64,000 nucleotides of DNA, taken from Paraspadella gotoi (lineage: Eukaryota; Animalia; Chaetognatha). Below, piece after piece: positions 26,388 to 40,504 of this stretch. The translations under genes were made by a program, and so were the position numbers. The notes under the pieces are model-generated. The model was not told the DNA's origin, searched no databases, and saw only the letters and a program-made list of their open reading frames with translations. The DNA lies in contig CM119266.1 in the NCBI GenBank assembly GCA_051294375.1, positions 24,106,411 through 24,170,410 of the forward strand, given 5' to 3'. Position 1 is the first letter of the stretch. Every line of letters starts with the position of its first letter.

Positions 26388-28813
26388 AAAGAAGAACGAC
26401 GCATGGACAGACTGTTGAAGAGACAGACGAACGGGTCGAATTAAAAAGGCGAAAATATTCAATCAGACGGAACAATTAGGCTCGGTGAAGAGATCTGGCT
26501 AATATTTAAATTAGCGGAAGCATCGTACGTTGGGGATGATATATTCTGATTTCAGCCTTCAAGGGTCTTCGACGAGTTGCGGGGGGAAAATGGAGACGAG
26601 ACGAAGACGACGACAACGACGACGACGACCCGGCGAGGAGGAGGGGCCCGACGAGCATCGTTGGAATTGGTTTATTGGAAGATAAAGATTAAAATCGTCC
26701 GTCTAAACTGGAATGCTTATGATCCATCGGCGGCGGAGACCGATTCTTTTATTCTCCCTTCATGCTTTCTTCTTTGTATGTCTTAGCCGTTTTTTGTTAC
26801 TTTGCCTCCTGCCCCGTCAAAGAAGGAAGAGAGGAGAAGAGAGAGAGAGAGCGAGAGAGAAGAGAGAGGAGAGTGAGAGAGAGAGAGAGAGAGAGGAGAG
26901 AAGAGAGAGGAGAGAGAGAGAGCGCCAGCTTATATTCATTATGCTCATGTTTTTTTTTTTTAAAGAATTCATAAAACGTATTGAAACGAGGAGATCTTTG
27001 AAGGATTAATATTCGCAAACACGCCCATCGGATCGTTAACGCTCAACGGTTTAGCCGATTCGTAAAAACCGATTGGGATGTTTTCGTCTCGAGATTACTC
27101 CGTAGATTCGAAGTTGGTTGTACATTAAATTCGTTTAAATCTTGGCCAATTCGCGAGTTACATTCCAAACGAAAAAAGTATATTATCCGTAAATCCGAGC
27201 CATTTATCGGTCTTCTACAAGGTTCGCTTTTTATTTTCTTTTTTTTTTTTTTCTTCTCTGGTCTATTTCTAAATCTCTCTTCTCTCTACATCCCTCTCAG
27301 TTGCGCTGTTTTTATTTATGAAAATTTTTACGAGCATAAAAAACGGATCAATTTTCCCGCAGAAAAAGACTTCGACGGAAAAAAAAAACACAGATCCAAC
27401 GAAGTTGAGAGAGAAGAGGACAGAACTCGCCCCGGTGAGTCGCGGTTTTTCAAAATTTATCGCAAACGAAAAAAAAGCCAGGCTCTCCCTCTCTCTCTCT
27501 CGCTCCCGGATTGTCTCACTCTCGAGTCTCGCTCTCGCTCAAATACCCAGCCGTTTCTATGAACCGCCTCGTAATCCCACCCATCCCAGTTTGGACTCAC
27601 TTTAAATGTTTTTTAACGTCTTACCCCGACTGCTCCCTCTCCGCACCACCCCCCTCTCTCTGCTCTCTCTCTCTCCTTCTCTCTACTCTCCTCTCTCGTC
27701 TCTCTCTCTCTCTCTACTCCTCCTCTTCTCTCTCTCTCTCTCCTCATCCCTCTTCTCTCTCTGATCCTGATTCGACGAATTGAAACTGACGTGAATTTCT
27801 GGTTCGAATGGTTCGGTCGAGGTCAATTAACTCGAGATTGGTGGCTGGTCGACGACAAAATTACTGCATGAATCTCCAGTGTCGACGACGGCGACGATGA
27901 CCACAACGATACCATCGGACGACCCCACCGCGTTCCCACACGATCGTTCCACGCCCACAAATTAAAACACGCCTTCCATGAATCTCGGCTCTCCTTTTAG
28001 ATGTGAGGAGAGAGGAGAGGAGAGAGAGTAGAAGATTTTTGATATAATGTGAATTTTGGAGTTATCTTACAAAAACCATTCTTTTAGTTTGTATTTATTG
28101 GCTCAAGACTGAAGAATAAAAGTTAGGCGATATAAGAATTATAAATTACAACTCGTCCCACACCGACTCACACTTCCCTAAAACTAACGGAAAAGTGCTC
28201 ATCACACGAGGACGAGATTCTCCAACGTCCGTTGACTCGTCGTTTGGAGGACAAAAAATAAGAGGTGGGCGAGGAAAGGGTGGGTCACTGGTTGGTTCCT
28301 CGCCGAGCCTTGTGGTCCAACCAGACAGAGATAGAGACGCTGATGGAGATAGAGACGCGCGGACGCCATAAAAACGTCGTCATCTCGACTCGTTACTCCT
28401 AATTAAGTTCTCCCACTCATTTCCTTTGTGTGTCTCAGTTGATCACTCCGCTCACCCATAGACCCACGTCATCTCTTCTCATTTCACTAATGAAAATGTT
28501 CCACTTTTGCGGTCGAACGGATGGCCATTTTTTTTATCTCCTAGAAAGCCGACGTCATCGACGAAAAGACTGGTCGTCGTCGTCACAAAAAAGGACTGTC
28601 CCATTCGCATTATTTGCTCCCAGCTCCCCCTCATCCCGTCCAAAGCCAGTGCCAAGTGCCCTAAATCCATTACGAAAAGGATTTCAATTCTCGGTGTCCC
28701 AATTTTTATTGTCTCATCCAACTCAACGGTAAACCCCGCCAATAGTCCCGGGCAAAGTCCCTCCCCTTGTAAAAAAAAATAACAAAACCCGATGAAGACT
28801 GTTCTCTCTCTCT

Positions 28814-28877
<64 letters not shown>

Positions 28878-29378
28878 TCTCTCTCTCCAGAAATGAGGAT
28901 GAAAAACTGACAAATATTCTCGTGAATTAGATTGAGAGAGAAAGAGAGAGAGAGAGAGGCGTTGGATCGTTGCGTTCGAAACTAGGAAGGTCATAAAAAC
29001 AAAAACTTATGAGTCTTATTTCCCAATAAACAACTAGTTATTCTTTTTAAAAGAATATATTCTACAATTATGGGGGCTAATGGGTAAAAAACAAAAATCG
29101 TAATTCTGAATAATAGACGAACTAAAACATTTTTATTTACCCTCATAATAAGGATAAAATTTAAGAAATTTCAACTACTAATATAAAATCGTATCACATT
29201 CGAAAGAATTTATTCGAAACAATCAAAAAATGATATAAAATACTAAAAAAATGGGTATGACTTGGAATACTTAACTTAAAAATATTAATTGAAATCAGGA
29301 TAAAAACTGATATAAACGAAAAAAAACTCGATTAACAGATCAGATGTATACAAACTTTAATCTCAATTTAATCCAAAT

Positions 29379-32300
29379 TTATTTCATTATTTTTTACTTC
29401 CATCTCCTCACATATTTCATTTGATTTCCAATTTTCATATCATTATTTGCATCAATTTTTACCTCTTTTTCCATTTCATTTACCTCTTCACCTCCTTTTT
29501 TCTCTTCCTCGTTTTATGTTTGTCTTTTCATTTGATTTTCGATTTTATTTTCACTCCACTTCTTTTCCAGAGTTTTTTCGTTTTTGTCATCAACGTTTTT
29601 TTTTCCATCTTGTTTCATTCTCACATTTACTCACTTTTCAGCTTTGTTTCACAAATTCGTTATCAATTCTTTGTCTTCATTTTCAGTCTTCCGTTCAGAT
29701 TCTTCTTCCATTCCTCTTTAATTTTTTCATTTTCCAGTCGCTTTTCTTCCGCATGCCCCTTCTTCATTTCTTTCGTTAGCTCCTTCATTTTTACCTCCAT
29801 TATATTCGTCTCTCCAGATTCTCTTTAATCATCAGTTTCAGTTTTTCTCCATATCTCTTTCTCTTTTTCTTCTTCTCCGTCCAATTCACATCCACTTCTC
29901 CTACATCAACTTCTTCCAAGTTTCTATTATTTTCTCCATCGTCACCAAATCATCTTCTCCAACGTCCCTCCTTTCTCTCATCTTCTCGACTGAGATGATC
30001 GCCTTCTCCAGCTCCACAACCCCATCATCCTCTTCAATCAATTTTCTCACTTACATCTTCCCTCTTTCCTTTCCTCTTTTTCCATTTCCTCTCCGTTTCC
30101 CCCCACTCTCCTCTCTTCTCCTCCATTTCCTTTTTCCTCCATCCAATGATTCCACCTCATCCTCCTCTCGCCGCGCGAAGTAGTCCTTCAAGGGTCGAAA
30201 GAGGTTTTTTTGGACGGCAGGAAACGACCAGGACATGCCGAGGAGCTGTTGACGAACGTCTTCGGAAAGCCTCCGGTGTAGTCGTCTTCGAAGCCGAAGA
30301 TCTCTCGATCTCCCGCGTCGGTCAAAGGCGCTCTCGTCCGGAGCGAGTGGACGGCACTGCTGGAACTTGCTTGGTAGAGGCTGTTCGATTCGTCGGATGG
30401 CAGCGAATCTTGACGACGCGAGCGACGCGGTCGCGCTCCAGGACATTCTGGTCGGATGGGAGGGGAAGGGAAGAGAAAGGATAAAGAGTGGAAAGAGAAA
30501 AGGAACGGAGAGGAGAAAAAGAAAAGCGAAATATTAATGATTAATTGCATTTTCGTGCGGTTAATTCTGACTTCCCGCAAACACAGTTTAACGGAAAGTT
30601 TCGATATTGTGAAGCTGAAGCCTGAAGCCAAATAAATGCTTTCTCATGTACATGAACGAACAAAAAAAGCAAAATTTACGAAACAAATAAGACTTCATTT
30701 TTAGTCGCCGTAACGGAATGGGTCGTAATTTTAGTTTAAGCCGGAAACAGTAAAATGAAGTTACAGAAACTGGTCGTTCGGAATGATAAAGACAATAGAA
30801 AGAATAGAAAAAAAAAGAAAAAAAGTACCTTTCGTTATTCAACTTGAAACCTTCTTGTAATTGAAAAATAATAATAGTAATAATGATAAAAATATAATAG
30901 TATCATTAATGATAAGAACATAATAATTAGGAATGAGGGTAATTAATGATAAGAACAATAATAATTAGGAATGAGTAATTCCAATAATAGTAATTCCAAT
31001 CATAGTAATAATAATAATAATAATAATAATGTAAAATATAATAGTAATAATGATAAAATAATTATATAGTATCATTAACGATAAAAATAATAATAATAGG
31101 AATAAGGGTAATTCCAATAATTTAATCTGGTATTATACCTTTCTATTTATGATCAGTAAAAAAAAAAAAAATTGACAAGTATTCTGTCTAGACTAAAAAA
31201 AAAAAGAGGCAATGGCTAGTATAAATGTTAGGTTACCATAATGATAGTTTTACTTTTTTTTTCATTGCCAAGTTTCTGTCTATGACTAAAAAAAAATGGC
31301 AAATGGCCTAGTGTAATGATAATATTCCTCATGATTTTCATTGATATATTTAATACTTTTTCCAATTTGCAATGTCCGCAATGATCCTTAATTGTTTGAA
31401 TTTTATTTTTAGTGCCATAGTGCAATTTTCTTGTCAATACTCATCGTTTAATCGTTTTAATCTTCTTAATTGTCTTAATGGTCAAATTGTCTTTTTATTT
31501 CAGGAAAAAAAAAAAAAAAAAATTCTTGTATCAATAGTGTTATTATATAGTGCTTATATGAACGTTCTGTCTTTACACTTATCAATAATTACTTCTCTTC
31601 ATATCCATGTAAAAGCAGCATTTTCACTCCTTTAAATGAATTAATACGGTATTAGAATAAGTTTAATAAACTATAGCAAGAACCGAACGCTGCAGGTCAA
31701 AACATTTCTATCGTCGGTGACCAGCGTATTTGGGCCAAGGGATGTTTGACCAGAATAGTCTGTCTCCGTTTCATTGGGGCTAAAATAGACGGCACGACTA
31801 TGACGGGGGTCGCTCTCCAGCGCGAAGGATATGTGCTGCGGTCTTCGTGCCATGAAACGTTCTCGAAGAGCCAGAACATAGGAGGGGGACACCCGTGGAT
31901 GTCCTCCGAATCGCCCGTCGACGATTCCGCCTCCTCGTGGATGGATCTCAAATTGAACTTTTTTTGAAAAAAAAAAAATAATAAAAATGCAATAAAACGA
32001 GATAAGATCAATATGAATTTTTTTATGAGAGAATTAAGTCCTGAGTCTGCCAAAAAATGTACGTTTAATTTTAGGAAAATGGCAAAAAAATCGTTCCATT
32101 TCACTAACGACGTAACAAGATAACAATTTATTACTCTAAAACTTTATTTTTATGTGAGCTCTAATAACTTAGTATGTGTACATAAACTATGCTATTAATC
32201 ATGAACTATGTACATTTGTTTTAAAATCTTACGTTTTGGGAGCTCAAATGATTTTCTAAATTTTATTTGCGGGTTGCCGCAAGTAAAAATATGAATTAAA

Positions 32301-35295
32301 AATGAAATTTTGCTCAATAAGAATGAGAGAAAACCACTGAAATATGCAAACGAAAATTTTTCTGCAACATACGTCACCTGCAATGTTCAAAACCCTCGCG
32401 AACTCAAAAAAGAGCTCCGTTTTTTCGGTGAAGCCCTCGCGAAGGGGGTTGGCCCGGTGGAGAAGTCGTTTACAGGCGATCCGCCGACGACGAGATCGAA
32501 AGGCCCCCAGCCCGAGGTCGTCCTCGGAGATGTCGCGCGCGTCGCCGACGTGAACGATCTCCGGTGGTTGAGGCTGCTGCATTGGATGCGTTGGGATCGA
32601 TCTCGGAGGCGAGGTAGGTGTCGACGCGGAGGTTGAGGAGCCTTCAGCGCACCAACGCCGTCGATATTCCGTCGACCGAGCCCAATACCTCAGCGGTCGG
32701 CGCCATTTTCGCGGCACTGGCGTCGGTCTTGACCTAACGACCCCGTGGACCCACGCGTACTTCGCCCTCCGCTTCGCGCAGCTGCCAGGAGCTGAGAGAT
32801 CCTCGGGGCGAGTGGGGAATCCCACACCGATAGACCCGCCTTCTTCGAGCGCACTACCTTTCGCAGCTGCGCCTTGTTCATTCGCAGCAGCCGGCGGCGT
32901 TGAAAGCTTTCCTTCCGCTGCCGACGAGAAGCATCCGCGGAGCGATCGCCGCTAAAGCATCCGGCATCCTGGCGCCGTTGTTTCTCGTCTTGAGTTTACA
33001 AAGTCGACTAAGCGCCACGTTAACAAGGTTTCGAGCTTGAGAGGCGATGTCCGCTAGAGGGACGGAACACCGGCGTATCAACTCCGACGGGAACGGGGTC
33101 TCTGGCGGCCCTCGGAGTCGAAAGCGGGAGTCCAATTTTGACTTTCTTCCTCTCTCTATGCGTCTTTCCTTTCTTTCTTTCATTCCTTTCTTTCGTGTCT
33201 TTTCTTTTTCTCTTTTTTCGTATCTTTATTTCTTCTCTTCTTTCGTGGTTTTTCTAATTCTTCTCTTTTCTTTCGTGTCTTTTTTCTTTCTTCCCTTTCT
33301 TTTCTTTTCTTTCATGTCTTACTTTTCTTCCCTCTCTTTTCTTTCTTCATGTCTTTCCTTTTTCTTCCCATTTTTCTCTTTCTTTCGTGTCTTTTCCTTT
33401 TTCTTCTCTTTCTCTTGTTTCCTCTCTTCTTTCTTGTCATCCGTTTTTCTCTCAATCTCTTCTTCAACTGTGGTGAACGTTTCTTTCACGAGGGCGAAGT
33501 GACCATCTCCGTCGACAAAGGTTTTTTCTAAGTCAAAATGTAATAACATATATATTTTATAATTTAAAAATGTACAAAAAAATTAAAGGAAAAAGAGTTT
33601 CAAAGTCGCACAAAATCTTACCACAGTGTTATTAGTTATCATTAGTCTAAGTACTTAAGCTTAAACATACATAACGACCGTGTGGATAGACCGGCTCGGA
33701 GAAAGAGGAGAGAGGAAAGGGTTTAGAGTGGACACCGGTGGTAAGTCGTCTCAATTCTTAATTCAAATTGTAATTTATTTCCTAAGACATTTTAATGAAG
33801 AAATTTTCCTTATACCTTTGTTCCTGATACCTGGAGAGTTTCTCCTCGTTTCCTCCAACGTCTCCTCGCCCGGAGTGGCTCGTCGATCGACTCCTTCTTC
33901 CTCACCGTCTTCTCAACGTCGAAGAATCCAAGACGACGACGAAAACGACGACGATCTTCGTCGCCATCGTCTTCAGATCTCCACAATATCCAGAGTTGCG
34001 TCGGGACGTGCAGGAGAACTGATGAGTCGCTATCTGAGTGCTTGGCCGCCGAGAGGGGAGTCCGACCCGAATAAGAATTCGCGAAGAATATTTCCGGCCC
34101 TGGGGAAGAGATTGGCTTGAAGAGCGCTTCGTTTTCCGTGACGATCGCGGACCGGGACGAGGGAAGGAGTCGAGGATCTCCACCTCAGGATCAGAAGGCA
34201 TCTTCCTCAACAGAGAGTCATTACATTCGGGGCGCTTAGAGCTAATTACATCCGGAGCTGCACCGTCGCTGGAGCGGTCCTCGTTTTTGACCCAGACAAA
34301 ATCAGTCTGAGGATCTTCGTTAGTTTTTTGTTAGTTTTTGTATTTATCATATTTGTGTTCCATCGGTTGTTGTCGTCTTCGTCGTCGTCGTCGTCGTCTC
34401 CTCGACCAGTTCCATCTCGTTTCTCCGCGTTTCCATCTCCCGAGGCTCGAACTCTCGAACTTCGAGGATGGCGGAATCTCCGCCGTTCGTCCTCGCGGAG
34501 AATCTCGCAAAGAGATTCGTTGTCGATTCGCTTCGATTCCTCTTGGCTGTTAGGAAAATGGTTGTTGTGGTCGTCGTCGTGGTTTCGACGCATCCGTTTT
34601 AGATCGTGACATCGTCAACGTCGTCGTTGACTCGTCGTCGCGCGGCGAAACGACGTTAAAGTCATTTGGGTGAACCTCTTCGGTTTCCGTTGTCGCCGTT
34701 GGAAATTTCTCCGCTTTTTTCTTCGATTTATTTCACAGTCGTCGTCCTCATCGTCGTCATCGTCATCGTTCGCCGTCGTTACCGTGTCTTCGACAACTCC
34801 CACTCCGTCTCTTCTTTACCTTCTTCAGCTCGAAAGAATCTTCCAAAATATGTTGGAGGACGAAGATTCGTCTTCGTAATGGACGTCGTCTTCGTCGTCG
34901 TCGTCGTCGACGACGTTTTCTCGTCTTTGGATATCAGTTCCATTCTCAAGCAAGGCTGGTCACCTTCGGTTCCTCTTCTCTTGTCCGCTCAGTTGGATTC
35001 CTTGTCGAATACTATTTTTGATTCCGTCGCATATTTTTCTTCAAATTTCCTTTCATCAAGGAAATTTTCGTTGTTGTTGACGTTGTTGTTGTCGGCGATA
35101 AATGGCGCTGTCGTAATCGGCGTTGTTAGCGCTATCGAGGGCGGCGTTGTTAAATGTGGTAATCGGGTCAGTAGCTGGAGTTGGGGGTTTACTTCGTGCG
35201 CTGATGTATTTGAAGCAGACGAATTAGTTGAGGTGAGGGATAGAAGGTTCAAATTTTTCTGTTGAGTTTTGTTCTTGTATTTATTTAAGATTCAT
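29379..35295 (-). pseudogene. DNMT3: Second DNMT3-like copy, frameshifted as assembled (error-laden allele or true pseudogene)
   Basis: Same exons in reverse complement (CAT at 35293-35295; fragments FFEFARVLN, FWLFENV, VRQQLLGMSWS, LFRPLKDYFA). Disruptions are dense single-base, mostly homopolymer indels, typical of uncorrected long reads. Confidence 0.7.
30852..31530 (+). mobile_element. 663-bp AT-rich insertion with poly(A) end and 8-bp target-site duplication (TTCTTGTA) in an intron of the second DNMT3 copy
   Basis: TTCTTGTA at 30852-30859 and 31523-31530; A-run at 31505-31522. The other copy has a single empty site TACAAGAA at 5975-5982. No coding capacity is visible. Confidence 0.65.
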
Positions 35296-38200
35296 AATTA
35301 AATATTAAATTTTAAATTTAGTCTCAAGTTCTAAGTTCTTTTCCTCGATAATTATTTCTTACAGGAGACACGACTGTTTACATTTTGTTTCCATAAGTTG
35401 CATGTTTTAGTAATTTTGTACATTAAGGATATAATTAAAATTATTTTTACGACGCGGCCATTAGAGTCATAAAATTACGTTCGAATCGCCAATATTTTTT
35501 TTTTCCCGAAAGCAGATCGAAGCAGAAAAGAAAGCCAGGTTTTCATCAGTTGATTTCCGGACACAAATACTCAACAAGCCAGGAACAATCCCTGCCTCGT
35601 TTGGTCAGTTTCGAGAAACAATGAAAATCCAATCATGGACGGTTGAAAAAAAATTGTTCTCCTAAAATTTATTTCGTTCAATTAATAAATTCAATAAATC
35701 AATCCCGCAATTAATCATAAAAAATAAACAAAAAGGTAACAAAATTTTCTTCCTCGTTGGAGCGGTAATGGACTTACCTCCCTCCTTCCTGCCTCACCCG
35801 CGAATTCACCCACAAACGTGCCTTCGCCTTCGCCTTCGCCTCCGTGAAGTTTCGACACGGATCACGTGATCGTGCGGACGGATTCTCGCCAGTGGCTCCT
35901 AAGGTCCACGTGATCGATTCTACTTATCACGTACGAGCCACGTGACCCGTTCCAATCACGTGATCGGCTTGTCGACTTCGTCACGCTCGAACTGGCATCG
36001 CGAGACCAGACGGTTTCGACCAATCGTTGAAGCTTGCTGACCATCGGAAGATTTTGACCAATTAGAGGACTGCGTTTTTCTTTGAATGGCAGAAGAGATC
36101 CAGATAGATCAGAGCGCCGATTAAAAAGCGTCCGCCATAACCTCGATTTAAAAAAGTAATTTTTGAAGTAATTTTATCCTGACAATTCTCGTTATTATAT
36201 TTAATGATGTCGTCAGGTGTGGTTTAACTTTATCGAGACTGGTATGGTTAACTTGCAGCTTTTTTCTTTTCCCTTTCTCGCTCAACAATGCCCCATCCCT
36301 TCCAACGCCAGACGTAGATACTTTTTTCAATTCGACACTATCGCAGCTCGTTCCGAGTACCGCCCCGCCGTTCTCAACGCCTTACCCCCTACTACTCAAC
36401 CTCAGATATTCCAGACGCCTGGGTTCGTCATTCATTGGTGAGGCCTGTGTTCTGGTGTTCCGCTCGAGGTTTTCACCGCCGGATTAATCTGCGCAATGAA
36501 TCTGACTTCGAAGTACAAGATCGATCAAGCCAAAAATGAATCGTCCGAAACTACATCATTATGTATTTTGAATTTTGCCCTCCTCAAAAAAAAAAAAATG
36601 GAAACAAAATTACAGTAATTATCCCTTTAGTTTTATTTAATATGATATTAAATTAATTATTAGTAAATTGTTCAGCAACTTTAAAATAATCAAAAAATCT
36701 CATGACTCGATCTTTGATGTATCTGAATTCGATCAGAAATTTTTTTTCACCAACGAGAATGACCCTGTGGCGATGCCTTTCCTTTGCGAGTTCCTTTGGC
36801 CCTTCCCTTCATCCCAACCACCTCCACCAACCTCCACCACCCCCACCCCCACCACCTCACCATCTCCTTCCATCCCGCCGTCGCGCTCATCCCGCCCTCG
36901 TCACGTGACCGCCCGCTTTCTTTTTTTTTTCCATTCCGCAGCCGCCATAAATCTCGTCACTTCCGTCGCCGTCCTGAATTTCAATGAATGTTTTGCTTCT
37001 CTCTCCTCTCTCTCTCTCTTCTCGGGCGACGAGGAAGGAAGAAGGAGGGTGGCGGAGAAAATGAAAGGTGGAATCATGGGAGTGGTAACTCATAGTACGT
37101 CGGAAGCTTTTTTGATGTTAGAATGAATCCGTTTTCGACGAAGACGGGAATAAATGATGGCATTTCTTTGGCAGACGGGGCTGAATTTGAAACAATGCAA
37201 TGTCCGTGACGGACTGACTGTTTGCTGCTATCGAAGGAGTGCAATGGCAAGAAAGGGCCTCGTGCTTTAAGTCAAAAGAAAACTGTGGCGGCTGGTTATG
37301 AGGTAGTCGAATAGGTGAGCCGTGAGGTGGCGGAAGTCTTGACGAGGCAGGCGCGAGAATTAGATTCCGTGAGGGTGAAGGTGGTTAACGAAGGACCGCG
37401 ACACCAACCGCCCCTTCCCCTCCGCCTCTCAATGCCAATTCCGGTCCTTTGCGCTCGGCCTTCCTTCGATCCACTTCGGCCTTCGACCAAAACGCCAACG
37501 ACGCAATTGCCTCTTTTTTTTTTTCCTTTTGCTCGAACCAAAAATCTCATTTGCATTTGTAGCAATAAATACTGAGGTCAAAAGTAGGCTGTTGGTCACC
37601 GAAGATATTTGGAAAGACGAAGAATAAATAAGCGGGATTGGATAACCTACTCATTATACGTTACACGGTTCCTTTTACATCGATTTAATCGGCATGGAGT
37701 GCCACAAGAATGAGATGTCCGGATACGTTTCCGGACTTTGGGCTACACAAAAAAAGGGTAATCAAATTTTTCCTAATGACAGTTTTTTTATAAATTAATA
37801 TTAAATTAGCTATATAAAATCAATAAAGTAGAATAAAAAAAATTTAAAAATGGTTTAAATTTTTTTTAAAATGAAAAATATCATGCATCATCCATAATCT
37901 ATGAACAATTTCTTTCGTTCAGTCCATAACCATTATTCTATCTTTAATAGTTTATTTGTAATTAATTTTTCTTATTAAAATATTATTTTAATTTTTTTTC
38001 AAATAATTTAAATTAAAAAAAATTATAACTATGCCAAATGATTGAAGAAAAATTTTATTATAAGGGACTTACCTACCTAATATAGGTTTCAAATACATAT
38101 ATAGTAAGTTTATTCTGATGATGTTTGACATAGAAAATAATAATTTATAAAATTAAATATATGAAAAAAATTTAAATTTGAATTTTTTTTTAGCATAATA

Positions 38201-38775
38201 AACATAATTTATGAATTATTGTTATGATGCTTTTATAGCTACTAGTCAGTTGTATCATTCTCATTATAATATTTGATAACTTCTTTATTTAGTAATACGG
38301 ACTGCTATATTTACTTACTTTTGACAAAATCAAAAAAATCACTGGTATTAAAAATTATGTAGAAACAGACGAAAACTTTTTTTAAATCACATGCTATTTA
38401 ATTGTTGAACAGATATAATATTATACTTGGACAAATTTAAAAGTTTTAAACAATCCAACTAGACATTTTTAAGGTTGTCATATAAATGTAAAAAATTTGA
38501 TATTCGACTGCTTTGTAGGTTTTAACTTAATTCAGTAGCCTCTTTTAATTATGAAGAAAAGCAGTATATTTAACAGTTTTTTTATTTGGAGTGGCATCAA
38601 AGTTCTAAGACTATTAGCATCAGTATATTTGTTAAGTATAGTAGATTCCTCTATATTTTTTAATTTTTGAAAATGTTTTACTTTTTTTTTCTATAATTTT
38701 TTTGACATGCAAAACGTTCTTGATTACGCGAAGAGAATGTAAAAATTAAAAATAAATAGTACCAAATAGTTAGAG

Positions 38776-39742
38776 CTTGAAGGACCAGAGGCAATGTAGC
38801 GGAGTTTTACGCATCACCCTGAGAGCAGACGAGTTAAGAAAGTAATGAATGAGGAGAATATTCATATCAACTTTCTTTCGTGTTTTTCACGTTTGTCACT
38901 CAGAGAGTTTTGTGAATGTAAGTATAAATTTGTGTGACATAACATTGGCAACAAGCAACCGAGAGTGAGACTTTTAACGTTAGAGAGTGTCGTAAAAAAA
39001 GTGACCAAGCGACCAGGAATACCCGCGACAAAGAGAACGATATAACATAAATTGTACCCACTAGCTTGACGAAACATCATTGGAAAATAACTATTCAAAA
39101 TAAATGTAAATTAAAAGAATTAAAGCAAATTAGCTATTCAAATGATGATACTTATTCAAAATTTTTAAATAAGCCTCACTGTGAGTCAATCTACCAAATA
39201 TTAGTTGTATACATTTCCAAGAATTAAATTCTAAATTCCCAAATCGTAAATCATAATTTTTGCCCCCTCATGTTTTTCTTTTTATTCTCGAATAGAGTTT
39301 TACCCTCTTTTTTTTTCCAACAAAGCTACCATTATTACGTAGAAATTTCTTTTGGTTTTCATTTTCAAACATCAACGTCCAATAAAAGTCAAGTGAGAAC
39401 GAAGACTGAACGCGGCTGACAGAGAGCGAGAGAGAGAAAAAGGGGAACAGAGCGAGAAAAAAAAAGAGAGGGAAAAAAAAACGACTTGCTTTTGGCAAAA
39501 ATGCAATATTTGACTGTGAGGAAAAAAGAGAAAAGGAAAGAAAGACAGAAAACGAGAAGAGAGGACAGAAAGATAGACAGAATAATATATCTGAAGAGAT
39601 ATTAAGACAGAGACTACCGTGAAAATTTACTTACGTAGGCAAGAGGAAGGAAGGATGAAGATGACGAAAACATGTAACAATGAAAAAGTGGAAGTCACGG
39701 AAATGTAAAACGTTGATACGATATTTGTCCAAGGCAATGAGG

Positions 39743-39792
<50 letters not shown>

Positions 39793-39991
39793 TTCTTTCT
39801 CTCTCTCTCTCTTTCTATAAAGATATCAAGTTAAATTTCATTACAACCCGGAAATGTTACTAAATATTAGTACAGAAATTGTTCTTTTAATAAATGAAAA
39901 GGGAAATAAAAAGAATTCCGATGATTGTCAAAAGACTCGTTGATCCACCTCTTCTGCCTCGTAAAATCACTCGTAAAAACTCTCTCTCTCT
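38776..39991 (+). repeat. Flank 'Y', second copy (direct repeat of 16584-17845)
   Basis: Same colinear match; ends at the N gap 39992-40030. Confidence 0.92.
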
Positions 39992-40504
39992 NNNNNNNNN
40001 NNNNNNNNNNNNNNNNNNNNNNNNNNNNNNATCAGGTTTGGCTCTCTCTCTCTCTCTCTTTCAAGTCTGTGCCATCTCGGCACTTTGGCACGAGTCAAGC
40101 GGCTCGAGGTCACGAAAAATGACGTCGGATTGCTTCGTTGCCATGCCATCCGGGCCGACAAGAAGTTAGATCTTAAAATTTCTGTTCGTCTTTTTCGAGA
40201 AATTTATCTCTTTTCGTTCTTATGAAGATATCTGATATCATTAGCAGGCACGTATTTCTGCGTAGCGTCAACATAGTTTTCCAATTAATATACGTACATA
40301 TTTTAAGAAAAATATACTAAAATATATTTATTAGCTACAAGAATGTTTCCGTTCCGTATAAAAACCAAGCAAATGCTTAATTATTATTTGAATAATAAAC
40401 TAACAAGAGTCCAATTCTCAGTCAAATCTTTGTCAATTTTCACAATTGTTTTCGACTGAACCCGCCGGTCATCCTCTCTCACCCTCTCCTCTTTCCAAAC
40501 TTAC

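Larger units (their letters stand above)
20163..38779 (-). repeat. Right (inverted) copy of the DNMT3-bearing segment; 36924-38779 has no partner inside the window
   Basis: 20163-36923 is the reverse complement of 1-16587 with many 1-bp indels. It starts with CAAG right after a 25-N gap and ends at CTTG 38776-38779, where the duplicated flank begins. Confidence 0.85.

Noticed and set aside
20163-38779. Giant DNMT3-carrying transposon or foldback element
   Set aside because: The ends share only 4-5 bp, and no transposase, integrase, helicase or TSD is visible.
38862-39098. ORF beginning 'MNSYF', like the Ubx N-terminus, near the Hox exon
   Set aside because: The start is TTG, it lies downstream of the YPWM exon, and the duplicate flank (about 16890-16910) does not preserve it. 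Coincidence.
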